This document shows positions 34,475 to 46,029 of a DNA stretch of 64,000 nucleotides, piece after piece. A program made the translations under genes and the position numbers. The stretch's first letter is position 1; every line of letters begins with the position of its first letter. Origin of the DNA: Zancudomyces culisetae HAW-14-8 (Eukaryota; Fungi; Kickxellomycota); contig JBNJNM010000009.1 of the NCBI GenBank assembly GCA_052426225.1, positions 806,001 to 870,000 of the forward strand. Reading direction: 5' to 3'. The notes under the pieces are model-generated. The model was not told the DNA's origin. It saw only the letters and a list, made by a program, of their open reading frames with translations, and did not search any database.

Positions 34475-35870
34475 TTAGTTTAATCGTGGACAGCAATAGA
34501 ATGTTTGAAAGTTAACTCTCACTGTACTTTTAAATGGTGCCATATCCAGAGAATTCATGCTAAAGTTGGAAACCATGTATGTGGCCATGAGCGAATCGTT
34601 AATAAAGATTTGGAGTCGAGCATTGTTGTAAACAATCTTGATGGTTTGATAGTCGGCTTTTGTGCATATATTTCTTTGTTTAACCAAAGCATATTTACCT
34701 TTTCTGATAGAACTGATACCTGATGATACACCAAATTGAACTTCTATTACACCACTAGGACTATGGTATTTGCCCTTGTTTATGAGAGTAACGAGAAAGT
34801 CAGAGGTAGTAGGAACATGCTCATCGAACACAAAGCCATTTTCATCTCATTAAATTGTAAGAGCATTTGCAAATTCATAATCTTTGTTCTTGTTACTGGA
34901 GGATATAAAAATTTTAAGACCAACAGAAATGGGGTCACAAGTTGATGAAATGGAGATAACCGAGCTAATCTAGCTAATAACTCATTGAGTTGATTAGTAG
35001 TGATTATAATGTTCATAATATTTTGGTGATTAGAGTGATTAGAGTGATTAGAGTGATTAGAGTGATTAGAGCGATTAGAGTGATTAGAGTGATTAGAGTG
35101 ATTAGAGCGATTAGAGTGATTAGAGTGATTAGAGCGATTAGAGTGATTAGAGTGATTAGAGTGATTAGAGCAATTATAGAGTTGATGCTGAAGTACAGTG
35201 GTAGTTGATGATATTGAGCTTGTTGAGTTTATTAAGCTGATGGGGCTGATTGATGGTGTTGAGGTGGTTGATGAATTTGTTCAGGTAGAATCATTACAGT
35301 TATACTTTATATTTTGGATTATTACCGCATCTTTCTCAGCTCCAAACGCAAGCCATACTAATTTTGAGTTTATGAATGTGCTTACGTCATAGTCACTTGG
35401 TAAAAGTGTTAAAATTGAAGTGCTGTTACCGGCTATCCTGACATTAACACCCAAACTATTAATCTGAACTTATATTTTTTGAACATCTGATGTTCCTGAC
35501 ATGACATCATCTTCTTTGAAATATAATGAAGTCTTTATAAACCACAAACCCGTGTTTACACCAATCATTTCTTCAATAACTTCCCCGCCAGTAAGCAAAT
35601 ATTTTTGTGAGCTAATTGCGAAATATATATCTGAAGTTTGATCAAAATTGAATGTAACGAGGTAGTCCTATGATGGACTGGAAATATCAACTGCACTATC
35701 CCTGTTGTAACTGATAACTGAACTATCATCAGATCCCTGTGTAATCTCGATTTGGCTGATCGAATTAGAACAAATAACATTCCCAGTTCCAGTTGATGTG
35801 AATTCTCTTACTATTGGTGAGAGCAAGTTGGCTAATATCAATGGTATAGACGCACATACACACTTAGTTT
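34475..35870 (-). pseudogene. Disrupted secreted protein with two homologous beta-rich domains joined by an S/T-rich linker
   Basis: Domain 1 (about 35300-35720) TFNFDQTSDIYFAIS...EVIEEMIGVNTG; domain 2 (34475-34860) VPTTSDFLVTLI...GVIEVQFGVSSG; linker TNSSTTSTPSIS; several stops and frameshifts. Confidence 0.6.
35026..35169. repeat. 9-bp tandem repeat (GTGATTAGA)x16
   Basis: 16 contiguous units, three of them GCGATTAGA, lying in the pseudogene linker. Confidence 0.95.
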
Positions 35871-37296
35871 TATTTTTACGGTATGATCTTTTTATCTCTA
35901 TAAATTTACTTATTCGTGATATGTATGCTAATTAGTATGAATTGTGATTGTGGATATCGGTATATAGCGTTGATTTATATACAAATTTCTGTCATGTACT
36001 ATTTCAGCCCAATTTTATTTTAATATCTACATATTTCTTGAACTTCTTTATAAAAAAATCTCAACATTAACAAACCGAGCGAATACCCCAATATCTTTAG
36101 AGCAACAAATTTTTATATTTGAATGTAAAAGTATTGAAAAATGGTATTTTATGAATCGGCGAGAAGAGAAGAATTGATTGCGATACAAGTTGATTATGTA
36201 CCCAAAATTATATAAATGTAATGGCTTATGACGCTTTTGCAAAAAAAAAATTCCGTTAGCCGATCTAATAATCTGGATATATTTGGAAATAGATAAGACT
36301 TTCACAATCTATCATTTTTTATAAAGTAATACATCACCATCCGTTTCTTATAGCAATTAATAATTAGTCGAATATTATGTAGAGCATACTAAATCATTTT
36401 CTAGATAAGAATATTATACAAAATCGTCAAAAATATAAAGTACCACGCTTATGTACTAAAACATACAATACCATACTAAAACAAGAGCCCATCTGCTTAA
36501 TATGATATTCTTAAACTCATATGCATATTTGAATTCAAATGTAAAAGGCCTTTGCAAGAATACATTTAACTACAAGTTCACTGGTGTTTGTGAGCACTAT
36601 AACAACTACCTTATTTTATTATGAATGCTGTCTCGATTAGGTTCGGTTGCAAAACTCTTCATTAACACACAGTATATGATTAAATATTAAGTAGGTTAAA
36701 CAAAAATAGAACCTCAGGATGTAACTACTTGAAGTAATGTTAAAAATCATAGAATTTGCTCTATTTTTGGTTTCTAGCAAATGTTACTTAAGCTATTTTG
36801 TAAAGCAAAATATGCATAGCCGACAGACTTTTAACAAACTGAGTTATTTTATACCAACTAGTCGTAATTGCTTGGAGTAATTTTTTATAAATCTGAGTCT
36901 TTAACCCTGTTCTAAATTGCAATCATTATATATTTTCATAAAACTTTTTAATTAAAAAATAAGCTAATAGTTGTAATTGTTATAAATCTTAATCCAAATA
37001 CAATTAAATGTATTCTCCACTGAATTTCATCATTTTCATCAAATAATTTCAACTTTGGAAACCTAACATATCCACAGTTCAATAAACCCCAAAATGAATA
37101 GATTTGTTCGCTAATTTTTACGGATACTACTTTGGAATCTAAGATATTGTATAGGAATTTTGAATAAATTAGTACATTATTAGGTAGAACTAAAATTCGG
37201 AAACCCACCAAATATAAAATGCTATATATTAATAGATGGCCAACATGGTAGGAAGAACAATAAATCTCTATTGAAAACTACCAGGTTCACGACCAA

Positions 37297-38525
37297 TCAG
37301 ACTAAGGAGTTAGTGGGATGGCTTTCGGGTTTCCTATCCACAAACATTGTAGATAAACTAGGGTAATTAGAGAGGAGAGTGGGGATGGCAGAGTCATCGG
37401 TAGGTCTTACAAATGAAAGGTTTGGTGTGTGTAGGTTTTTGCATGTTGGAAGAGTAACTGTCGGTGGTGTTTTCAGTTGAGAATTGTTTGTGCCTGTGTT
37501 ATTTTTACCTTTGCTGCTATTATTATCCTCGTCTGTACTGAAAAGAAAAGTACCAGAAAAGGCAGAAAGGCCATTAGTTGCTAAAATTTGGTTACAGAGT
37601 GTAGACTCAAATATTGTAGAGTTAGAATAAATGAGAATGGAAATTAAGGTATTGTCATAAGATCGTAAACTCCACCAAAATCCAAATGAACCAGTGAAAA
37701 CCCGCTTGATTCGTTTACCACCAGCAGAATCATAAAATCTCAATAACCCACCCCCATCTATATTTGTAATTCATACAACACAAAATCTGTTCTTTCTTCC
37801 AGAGTTGGTGTTAAAAAGAGCTGAAGTGCGTCATTATTCAAAAGCATATATTTACTAATAATCCTACAAACTTTATTCATGGCATCTGAAGAGATTTCCC
37901 CAAATGAAGTGACATGTTTTATATGTTTTCTGATTACTCGAACAGATAAATCCTGCAAACTGGGAATACCCAAATCTATCCGTAATAATCCGCCTTCAGT
38001 TTTGACCACCTTCTTTTTCTGAGTTGTCTTCTTCATTCCACTTCCGTTGTTTATCTTTGTTGTATTTTTAGTTGTTTTCAATTTTTTTGTAAGTTGTGAA
38101 GTGAACTAATTGAGACACCTTGCTTTTTTAGCTCGCGATTTTGTTCCGCTTGTTCATATTTTTTCATGTATTTGTCACAGGTTGGACATAGTATTCTTCG
38201 TTTACCGTTATCGTTCATTAACTCTTCCCGTACCAAGAATTTGGCTTTACACATTGAACAATACTCAATGCGACCACCGTTTCTCGCTGAACTGGCGTTC
38301 AACCCTTCATTATCTCTGTTTGAGGATTCAATTCCAAGTCTTTTTTTTCTTTTGTTTCCTTCCACATCGCTTTCGTAGTCTTTTCCCTTGGATTTGCTCC
38401 CCTTTAGATCAATCTTGATTTTCTTGTTTTTACTCTTACTGTTGCTACTACGGGTTACCCTCTTTGCAATACTTGACTCCTCTACATCCTCTTCACCACT
38501 GGTTCCTCCAATTTCAATGACATTT
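37297..38525 (-). pseudogene. RAD7: RAD7/Rhp7-like nucleotide-excision-repair LRR gene, fragmented
   Basis: YCSMCKAKF...LCPTC, then a frameshift at an A-run near 38080, then IPSLQDLSVRVIRKHIKHVTSFGEISSDAMNKVCRIISK..LLNNDALQLFL (Rad7 pattern), then a second break and only partial LRR-like sequence. Confidence 0.65.
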
Positions 38526-38870
38526 TATTTCTAATCTTTCTGTTAATACAATATATTGACGATAATTCCTGGGTTTCGTTATGGATTCTTGAACCAGACA
38601 GTCTTATAATCAAACGTGAACATATTTCCTAATTATAAACTTTATATTATTACCGCCTTTTACACATATATCCTACTCAAAAATAAATTCATCTCATCTT
38701 CCTTTCTTTTATCTCACTAGCTTTAATATAAAATAAACCAAATGTTGGGTCGTTAGTAAAAAAAAAACTTTTGAGTTTTCCCTCCAAAGAAAAAAACCAA
38801 GCCCCCAACTATACTTATAAAACACTACTAACAGTACCGATAAAAATATATACATCCGTGTTTATTAAGC

Positions 38871-40121
38871 CTATCCAAATATGACCTGAGCTTCTGCAAG
38901 GATCCCATACTCTGCGATAATTTCAAGTTCCGTTAGAATAAAATAAAACAGCATTGATGGGTCTCTAGTATACACCTCATAATCAAGACCATCCGCCCAC
39001 TCAAACTGCGAATCGTAGGCATTAAGATTGCTAAAGCGGACTATTTGCTTACCATCGGCATCCTGTTCAGTTTTTTCAGTTCCAAGGTTATCATTTTTTG
39101 TCATTTCGACGGCTCTTTTTAGTTTTTTTTCGATCAATTCCTTCAATGCATTACAACTTTTTTCAAGCAAGGCAAATAGTTCCTGTTCATCTTTTTTAAG
39201 TGCCAATTCCATTTCTTCACATTTACGAGATTTGAGTAATTCTATTCCTTTAAGATGCGGCACAAGTATACTATCCTTCTGTATCCCAGCATTGTCAGGA
39301 GCCAGTGCATTGGTGTTTGAAATTGATTTATTTATGCACTTGTACATTGTTTTGATTGTATCCTCAGTAATAGCACCTACTCCTGGTAATTTTGGAGGGG
39401 GAACAAAGCTCTCCCCAATAGTGGCGGACTGCACATTTTGCAAAACCAACTTTAGTTCAGAAAAATCGTCCATTGTCATCAATAGGATATCATGTATATT
39501 ACTAGTCCTGACTTGGTAATATTCATACTCCCGCGATATTGATTCTCCAGACTCTCCTTCCATGTGCCAATATGGATAACTCATTAACATTGAAATGGTT
39601 CCTGATCTTGAGACAATGCGGTTTTTAATGGTGTTTACCAGCTGCATAATCTGTTTACGGTACTCGTAGATGGCTACCATGCCCTTGTGGTAGTACGCGT
39701 AGTACATTAAAGTATCGATCATTTCAGTGAATTTACGCATGTAGTTTTCATTAATTCTATATTCTTGAAACGGTTTTCTGATTTTTTCAGGTAACCCTGT
39801 CAAATACTGAATCAGATCTTCTGTGTCTGAATTACATTTATCAATCTCCGAGTATAGTTTTTGGATGTAGTTATATATATTCCGAGGCAAATGCATACTA
39901 TTTTTGAACCCTTGACATTCCTTGATTGCCAAATTTTGTGACAAGGTATGGTTAAACGTATCGTATTTAAGAACGCACTCGTGGAACTCGTAGCTCGGCC
40001 ATATACCATTTTTGTGTGCCTCGTAGCATGCACTAAACTCCTCAAATGTTAGCCCAGATGCTACTTTAGCACAAAAAGTAAATACTGTTGCTCCTAATAC
40101 GATTGTTGGTAATACTCTCAT
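38871..40121 (-). CDS. Secreted orphan protein, predicted mostly alpha-helical
   Basis: 416 aa intronless ORF, signal-like MRVLPTIVLGATVFTFCAKVASG, TATAAA-like site upstream near 40225. Confidence 0.75.
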   Translation of the reverse strand: MRVLPTIVLGATVFTFCAKVASGLTFEEFSACYEAHKNGIWPSYEFHECVLKYDTFNHTLSQNLAIKECQGFKNSMHLPRNIYNYIQKLYSEIDKCNSDTEDLIQYLTGLPEKIRKPFQEYRINENYMRKFTEMIDTLMYYAYYHKGMVAIYEYRKQIMQLVNTIKNRIVSRSGTISMLMSYPYWHMEGESGESISREYEYYQVRTSNIHDILLMTMDDFSELKLVLQNVQSATIGESFVPPPKLPGVGAITEDTIKTMYKCINKSISNTNALAPDNAGIQKDSILVPHLKGIELLKSRKCEEMELALKKDEQELFALLEKSCNALKELIEKKLKRAVEMTKNDNLGTEKTEQDADGKQIVRFSNLNAYDSQFEWADGLDYEVYTRDPSMLFYFILTELEIIAEYGILAEAQVIFG

Positions 40122-41041
40122 TTTTCTTGCTTTACTGTTTTTTTTTTACCCTTTAGACAATAAAATAGAACTGCAATGAATTTGATGAAAACTCCATTCT
40201 TTTGGTGTTTTGGTGACCCTTTTATATTCTTTTCATTCTACCAAACTGTTAAAGTACGTCATTAGTAGGTATTATATAACATACAAGTTATCTAGCTTAT
40301 GAAAATTGTTTAACAAAAAGTTTGTAACTCTGTAATGTACATTTTGAGATAAGTTGAACTTGTTAAAGTAATACCAAATTCATGTAAAAGAGAAAAGAAA
40401 GAATGAAAAAGGAAACTAGGAAATTAGGAAATTAGGAAAATAGAAAAATAGGAAAATAGAAAAATAGGAAAATAGAAAAAAAGAATAGCTGTGCACTTGT
40501 ATTCCGTTTTGTAATGCCAAAATACTAATACAGGAAAGTGCATAGAATTTGAAATTTAAGTGGTTGGGGCTTTTGACACTTTTGGAAAAATAACCAGTAT
40601 ACAACCAAATTGAGTGATTTGGCTCGGTTATTTTAAGTACTGAGCTGCAGATATTTAGCGGAGTAGGCTTAGATTTTGTAGTGTGTATCATATTTTCATC
40701 TATGCTATTAGTATAAGAACCACTTTGAGTTTTGGAGTGGGAACCTATAATATCCACAATAAATATTTTTGACTAAAACTTTCCGTAAGAATTTTAGAAT
40801 AAAATTACATTAGGCCTTTACATGCATGGATAATTTTTCATTAATGGTATTAAAAAGTTCGTTAATAAAAATACAAAAGAAAATAAGTAAAGATTTAGTA
40901 GCTAACGATTCATTTCAGAGCCTCAAACAACTTGGTTGATACACCAATTTTTATGCAGATTAAAAATACTGCAGACTAATAAAAGCACAGTAAAAAAAAT
41001 ACAACATCAAAACAAAACAAAACAGAACACATCACATCACA

Positions 41042-44000
41042 TCACATCAGGCCTAGATGTTCCAAAATCATTCTGGAAATGGAATGTTTCTTGTGAATTG
41101 GCCTTCTTCCATCCTTTCCGTTTCTTGCAGCCATCCTTCTTAGCTTTCTAACAAAATTCTTTGATAATTTCGGGCTAAAAGTCAACGCATACTCGATGAA
41201 TTCCAAATCGGACTTTAAAAATGCGAGGGCCAATAATACCCCAGCATGGCTATTGATTCTAGCACCGTGTTTAACTAGAAGCTTTACCATTCTCATATTT
41301 CCATTTTTGATTGCTTCTGGAATTCCGTAGGATTTATCTAATACCAAGTTTGGGTTCTTTTGAAGTAGGAGCTGCACCATTTCTAGGTTATTATGTTTAC
41401 AGGCTTGGGTTATCCCACTTTTATCACCCCTTTTAATTTTCGCACTATTTTCTAGAAGCAATAGTAGCATTTGTATGCTATTATTTTTACATGCCTCAGC
41501 GATGAGGTTATACCCGCCATGTGCAATTCCGTTACCACAATTTAAAAGAAGTTTCACCACCTCGATATTGTTTGCGCCAACAGCGCGATAAAACAGCGTT
41601 GGATCTTTGCCGAGATCAGGGTGATATTCCAACAACAATTGGGTGGTTGCAATACTGTTGATATTAACATCATACGATATTCCGTACGAGTTGTTGGTAA
41701 TTTTCAAGCCATTTTTCAATAACAGCCGAAAAATGTTCACGTTGTCCATCTCAAGAGCCAACCCTAACATCCCACTATTTTCACCCATACTAGCACCATA
41801 TTCCAATAACAAGCTAACCATTTCAATGTTACTCATCTCAACAGCTACAGTTAACAAACTTACATCTTCCCGAATGTTGGTGCCATAATCTAACAGTAAA
41901 CGAGCTATCTCACTGCGACCCGTTGTAACCGCAGCCCATAGACCATCGATAAGGTCGTTATTATCGAGGATATAGCCATTCTTTATAATAGCCTCAGCCA
42001 GGCTATAGTTGTGACTGACATCTAGACCTTGTGTGTGGTAGGTGGTAACACACCATGGGTTCTCATCAAACCGAATTAACCCCGCTTCCCTTATTACAGT
42101 ATTAGAACCACTCTTCTCCGCCAGGCTTAAACGATTGTTGTGCTCAAGGATAAGTCTTACAACTGAAATATCTCCCGACATACACGCCCTCTCTAATTCG
42201 CAATGCTGAAAATTTCCTATCGGAGCATTTTTTCTCAGCAAATACTCCAGTATCTCCCTACCATTTAACTTTGATGCCTGTTCGATTCCGTTAAGTCTAG
42301 AATCGCCCAAATCAACTCCCTGATTAACCAATAGTTGCACCATTGCAAAGTTGTTTCTTTCGCATGCCAGATTAAGGGCAGGATTTTCAAAATTCAGTGT
42401 TGATTCTTTATATTGACTTAACCAGTGTTGAAGGACATTAACATTATCCGATTCGCACGCCTCCTTTAAACCGCTATTTTCTCTTGTCCCGAGTTTGGCA
42501 CCTTTGCTAGTAAAATAATCAATCCACTTGATATCACCCATCAAGTAAGCAGTCTTTAACACCAGATAGTTGTATAAATTAATGTCCACTCCATTTTCTG
42601 TTAATATTTTTATCATTTCAAAGTTTCTGTTTATTAATGTGGATTTTACAAAGTCAAAATCCCAATCGCTCAGCAAAACCATATCTGTAGTCTTGTTTTT
42701 CGATAAAACATGATCGTTTAAGTTTGTGGAGGTGGTCTCGTCAAGTTGGATATTATTTTCAATGATATATTTGGCAATTTCGCAAATTTTATCAGAACTC
42801 GTACACAGCGGGTCATATCCATCAAAATGACCGGAGCAGAAATTCTGATGTCTACCATACACTAAGTTCCTAACAGCTCTCAAGTCAAGAATTCTCAGAT
42901 ATCGCATGAATTTCTCATAGAAGTATCCGTCTGCTGCCAATCCATACTCAAGAAGAAACCGTAAAATTTTGAGAAATCGTATCTGGTTTCCATTTTTTGC
43001 TAAGTTTTCACCACCACAACCTGCTTTCTTCAGGTCACCAGACCCCAAGAGCAAATGATTCGCTATTTCGCTACCGTCTACTCTACACAAAAGTGGAATA
43101 CAGTTGCTTTTATCTTTGTTGCAGAGTGTAGCTCCGTTTTCAACTAACAGTTGCAGCATTTCTTTATCCCTTCTAGCACAGGCAATTCTTATCCCTTCAG
43201 AGTATGCTCCTGATATATCCATTCCTACATCAATGAGCAGCTTTACCAACTCAACTTTCCCCGTTTCTATCGCCTCTATTGGGGTATATGCACCAATCGT
43301 ATCATGGTATTTGCCGATAATCTCTTTAGCTACTTGAAAGCTATCGCTTTCTATTGCTGTTCTTAGTGCATTTTGGTCCAAATCTCCCTTCAAGTATTCT
43401 TGATTTTTTAACATGAATGTTATTAAATCGATACTTTTTGTCTCGAATGCCAAATTTGTCATTTTTCGAATATTTGCTTGGTTTGGATCCACCTCGAAAA
43501 ACATTCTTTTAGCTAGATCCACTTTTTCGAGACCAATAGAAGTGTCAAACACTAGCTGTTTGTTTACCTTTTCAGGTTCGCTAGTTTCAAAGAAATCAAG
43601 AAAGGCATCTCTTTTCTTTACCATCGAATAATAAATACATGCCATTTGCACTACTCTATCCATGTGGTTTCCGTATCCATAATCTCTAACAAAGCTAACA
43701 AACCCACTAATAATACACAAGTAGTACACGTTTCTAAAAGTTTTTAGATCATTGATTGTTAGTTTCGAGTTCACTTTGATGTTTAGAATTCTTTTAAGTA
43801 AGTCCATGTCGTAAAGCTTGCAGATATAGTGCGAAACAAGTATTAAATAACACACCATTGATTTGCTATCTGTCACCGATACTATGGTTCCAAGGTCCCT
43901 GGGTGCCTCACTTGATAACAAAACCCCTTCTTCACAAACAGCAACCAAACTCTCGACTAATTCCCGACTACAAGATTCCTTCAACTTGTCGCTTATCAAC

Positions 44001-44605
44001 TCAAAAGCTTTATTCGTTGCTAGCAATGGCCTGAGAGCAATATTTCCTGAAAATTCTATATCCGAAAATTCCCTATACCTGTTGTCCACACCTGTGGTCA
44101 GGTTTTGAGTATCTAAATCAAGTTTCTCTCCCTCGTGTAAAAATGCACTGTTAGTAAATATAACTTGTGAAGTGTTTTTTTCAATCAGCATGTACATTCT
44201 GAATACTTTTTTCAACACATTCCCCCAGCTGTACTTCAATGCTAGCGAGAGCGCTGTTTCATATTTCAAGTTTTTTACTTTTTTCAAGACAAGTATACCA
44301 ATAGTTTCATTAATATTTAGTCGCGTATAAAAGTCAAATATATACGCAATGTTTGCGTCGAAATTTCGAGTTTTGTTTGTTAATGCATAGTAGATCACGA
44401 ATTCGACAGCTGTAGCCACTTGTTGGGTCGTATAATACATATTTTTATTTAACAACGAAACTTTGGGATTTTGCGCAAGCACAAATATCCGGGACAATAT
44501 ACTTTCAGGAAGAATACTGAAAGTTCCATCGAGTTTAGTTACTTTTGATTCCATTTTACACACCCGAATGTTCCTTTTTGCTATACTTTTTGCTGCCTGT
44601 TCCAT
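41042..44605 (-). CDS. Large ankyrin-repeat protein with N-terminal F-box-like motif
   Basis: 1187 aa; many A...G..E.VKLLL..G units (AIETGKVELVKLLIDVG, AVEMSNIEMVSLLLEYGA, AIKNGNMRMVKLLVKHGA); N-terminal FSILPESILSRIFVL. Confidence 0.88.
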   Translation of the reverse strand: MEQAAKSIAKRNIRVCKMESKVTKLDGTFSILPESILSRIFVLAQNPKVSLLNKNMYYTTQQVATAVEFVIYYALTNKTRNFDANIAYIFDFYTRLNINETIGILVLKKVKNLKYETALSLALKYSWGNVLKKVFRMYMLIEKNTSQVIFTNSAFLHEGEKLDLDTQNLTTGVDNRYREFSDIEFSGNIALRPLLATNKAFELISDKLKESCSRELVESLVAVCEEGVLLSSEAPRDLGTIVSVTDSKSMVCYLILVSHYICKLYDMDLLKRILNIKVNSKLTINDLKTFRNVYYLCIISGFVSFVRDYGYGNHMDRVVQMACIYYSMVKKRDAFLDFFETSEPEKVNKQLVFDTSIGLEKVDLAKRMFFEVDPNQANIRKMTNLAFETKSIDLITFMLKNQEYLKGDLDQNALRTAIESDSFQVAKEIIGKYHDTIGAYTPIEAIETGKVELVKLLIDVGMDISGAYSEGIRIACARRDKEMLQLLVENGATLCNKDKSNCIPLLCRVDGSEIANHLLLGSGDLKKAGCGGENLAKNGNQIRFLKILRFLLEYGLAADGYFYEKFMRYLRILDLRAVRNLVYGRHQNFCSGHFDGYDPLCTSSDKICEIAKYIIENNIQLDETTSTNLNDHVLSKNKTTDMVLLSDWDFDFVKSTLINRNFEMIKILTENGVDINLYNYLVLKTAYLMGDIKWIDYFTSKGAKLGTRENSGLKEACESDNVNVLQHWLSQYKESTLNFENPALNLACERNNFAMVQLLVNQGVDLGDSRLNGIEQASKLNGREILEYLLRKNAPIGNFQHCELERACMSGDISVVRLILEHNNRLSLAEKSGSNTVIREAGLIRFDENPWCVTTYHTQGLDVSHNYSLAEAIIKNGYILDNNDLIDGLWAAVTTGRSEIARLLLDYGTNIREDVSLLTVAVEMSNIEMVSLLLEYGASMGENSGMLGLALEMDNVNIFRLLLKNGLKITNNSYGISYDVNINSIATTQLLLEYHPDLGKDPTLFYRAVGANNIEVVKLLLNCGNGIAHGGYNLIAEACKNNSIQMLLLLLENSAKIKRGDKSGITQACKHNNLEMVQLLLQKNPNLVLDKSYGIPEAIKNGNMRMVKLLVKHGARINSHAGVLLALAFLKSDLEFIEYALTFSPKLSKNFVRKLRRMAARNGKDGRRPIHKKHSISRMILEHLGLM

Positions 44606-44895
44606 CCATTTGTAGAAACAATTATTGTTTACTACATTCTGGAATAATGTATTTTAGGTAGTATTTATCAGGTGCAGAACCTAGGATTTCGAAATAAATT
44701 CCACCAAATTTGGTAATATTGCATATATTTTTGACATTTTGCTGCGCTTTAAACTTTAGCGAATCATAAAAATAAGCTATAGTAATTAAATACGGCGAAA
44801 ACAAAAGGAAAGGGTTTACTTGATTCATACCACTCATATAAAACATTAAACTCGTTTCGATACCAGCAGAATATTGTGTCTAAAACCCTATAGCG

Positions 44896-46029
44896 ATGAA
44901 TAGCAGAGACCCAATAGACGAGATTGTTAAACAGTGTGAAAACTCGACCCCTGCTGAACTTCTCAGCTTGATAGCAGAAGCAACACGACATCCCAAGATT
45001 TATTTCTTTATCAGGCTTTTGAATCAGGCTTCAGTTAAAAATGTATGTAAGAATTGATTGCTACTATCTAAGTTTATAAAAAGTGCATTTGTATATCAAG
45101 GATAGAATAAAAAGGTGAAACATCATTTGTAGCTGAATGAAGATCAGAATACCAAAAAACACTATGAATTGTTGAAATTGTTTGCATTTGGGACCATCGA
45201 GACGTACAAAGGTATTTTAAATATTCTAGATCCTGCTCTGTTGTTTTTTATGCTCTACAGGCAATGTCGATATTCTGGATGTGCCATTATGTGTTTTATA
45301 ATTTTTTATAGATAGTAAGGAAGAGTATCCCGAGTTAAGCCAAGCACAACTCGATAAGCTGCGAGTTTTGAGTCTTTTATCACTAGCCGTTAACAACAAG
45401 GTAATTCAAAATTGTCGAAGCAAAGTCGGATGTTTAGTTGACTTTAAAATGCCATAGTACAATTAATATTAACAAATCCTTGGAAACACGAATAGAAATT
45501 TTGCTTTGAAGAGCTATCTCAATTTTTGGATGTAAATGACAGTGATGAGGACTATCTGGAATCTTTGGTACTAAGAGCCATCCAGCATGATTTGCTAAAA
45601 GCGAAAATAGATACTAACAAAAAAACAGTGGAGGTTCTTTACGTCATTTCTAGAGATATAGATCTATCAAAAACTGACGAAATATCGAGACGGCTGGATC
45701 ATTGGATTGCAAGGTGTGATGAAAATATTGCCAGACTGTATTCAGAGATGAACACTTTGGCCGTAAACACAGTGGAAAGAGAGAGGAATATTGCAGAAAA
45801 TGTGAATAATTCGGGGGATTTATACTTTGCATCTGTGAATGACTGTAAGGACCTAAGGCCTGGCCACCTTGCCAAAGCCATTATAGCAGCCAAAAACACC
45901 CGCAAAAAGTTTTCCGGTCCTAATGCCGACTATGAAGCCCCTGAATACGTTAGCCATGAGTATTTGGCGGAGGCAAGACGACTAAAAAGTAAAGATTATG
46001 TTAATAGTAGCCGGAAGTTGCGAAGATAG
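44896..46029 (+). CDS. CSN7: COP9 signalosome subunit 7 (PCI domain), 4 exons
   Basis: Exons 44896-45042, 45133-45211, 45312-45400 and 45496-46029 join in frame. Motifs: LIAEATRHPKIYFF..LL, LLKLFAFGT..TY, PELSQAQLDKLRVLSLLSLA, LESLVLRAI...LLKAKID, SRDI, LDHW. Confidence 0.8.

Noticed and set aside
34990-35208. ORF with VIR/AIR tripeptide repeats
   Set aside because: By-product of the 9-bp tandem repeat; the surrounding coding signal is on the opposite strand.
40436-40480. GGAAAATAG/AAAAATAG short repeats and other microsatellites (TTTTGCA near 5040, TAAA near 18525, CAAA near 48957)
   Set aside because: Ordinary simple-sequence repeats in UTRs, introns or spacers with no sign of function.
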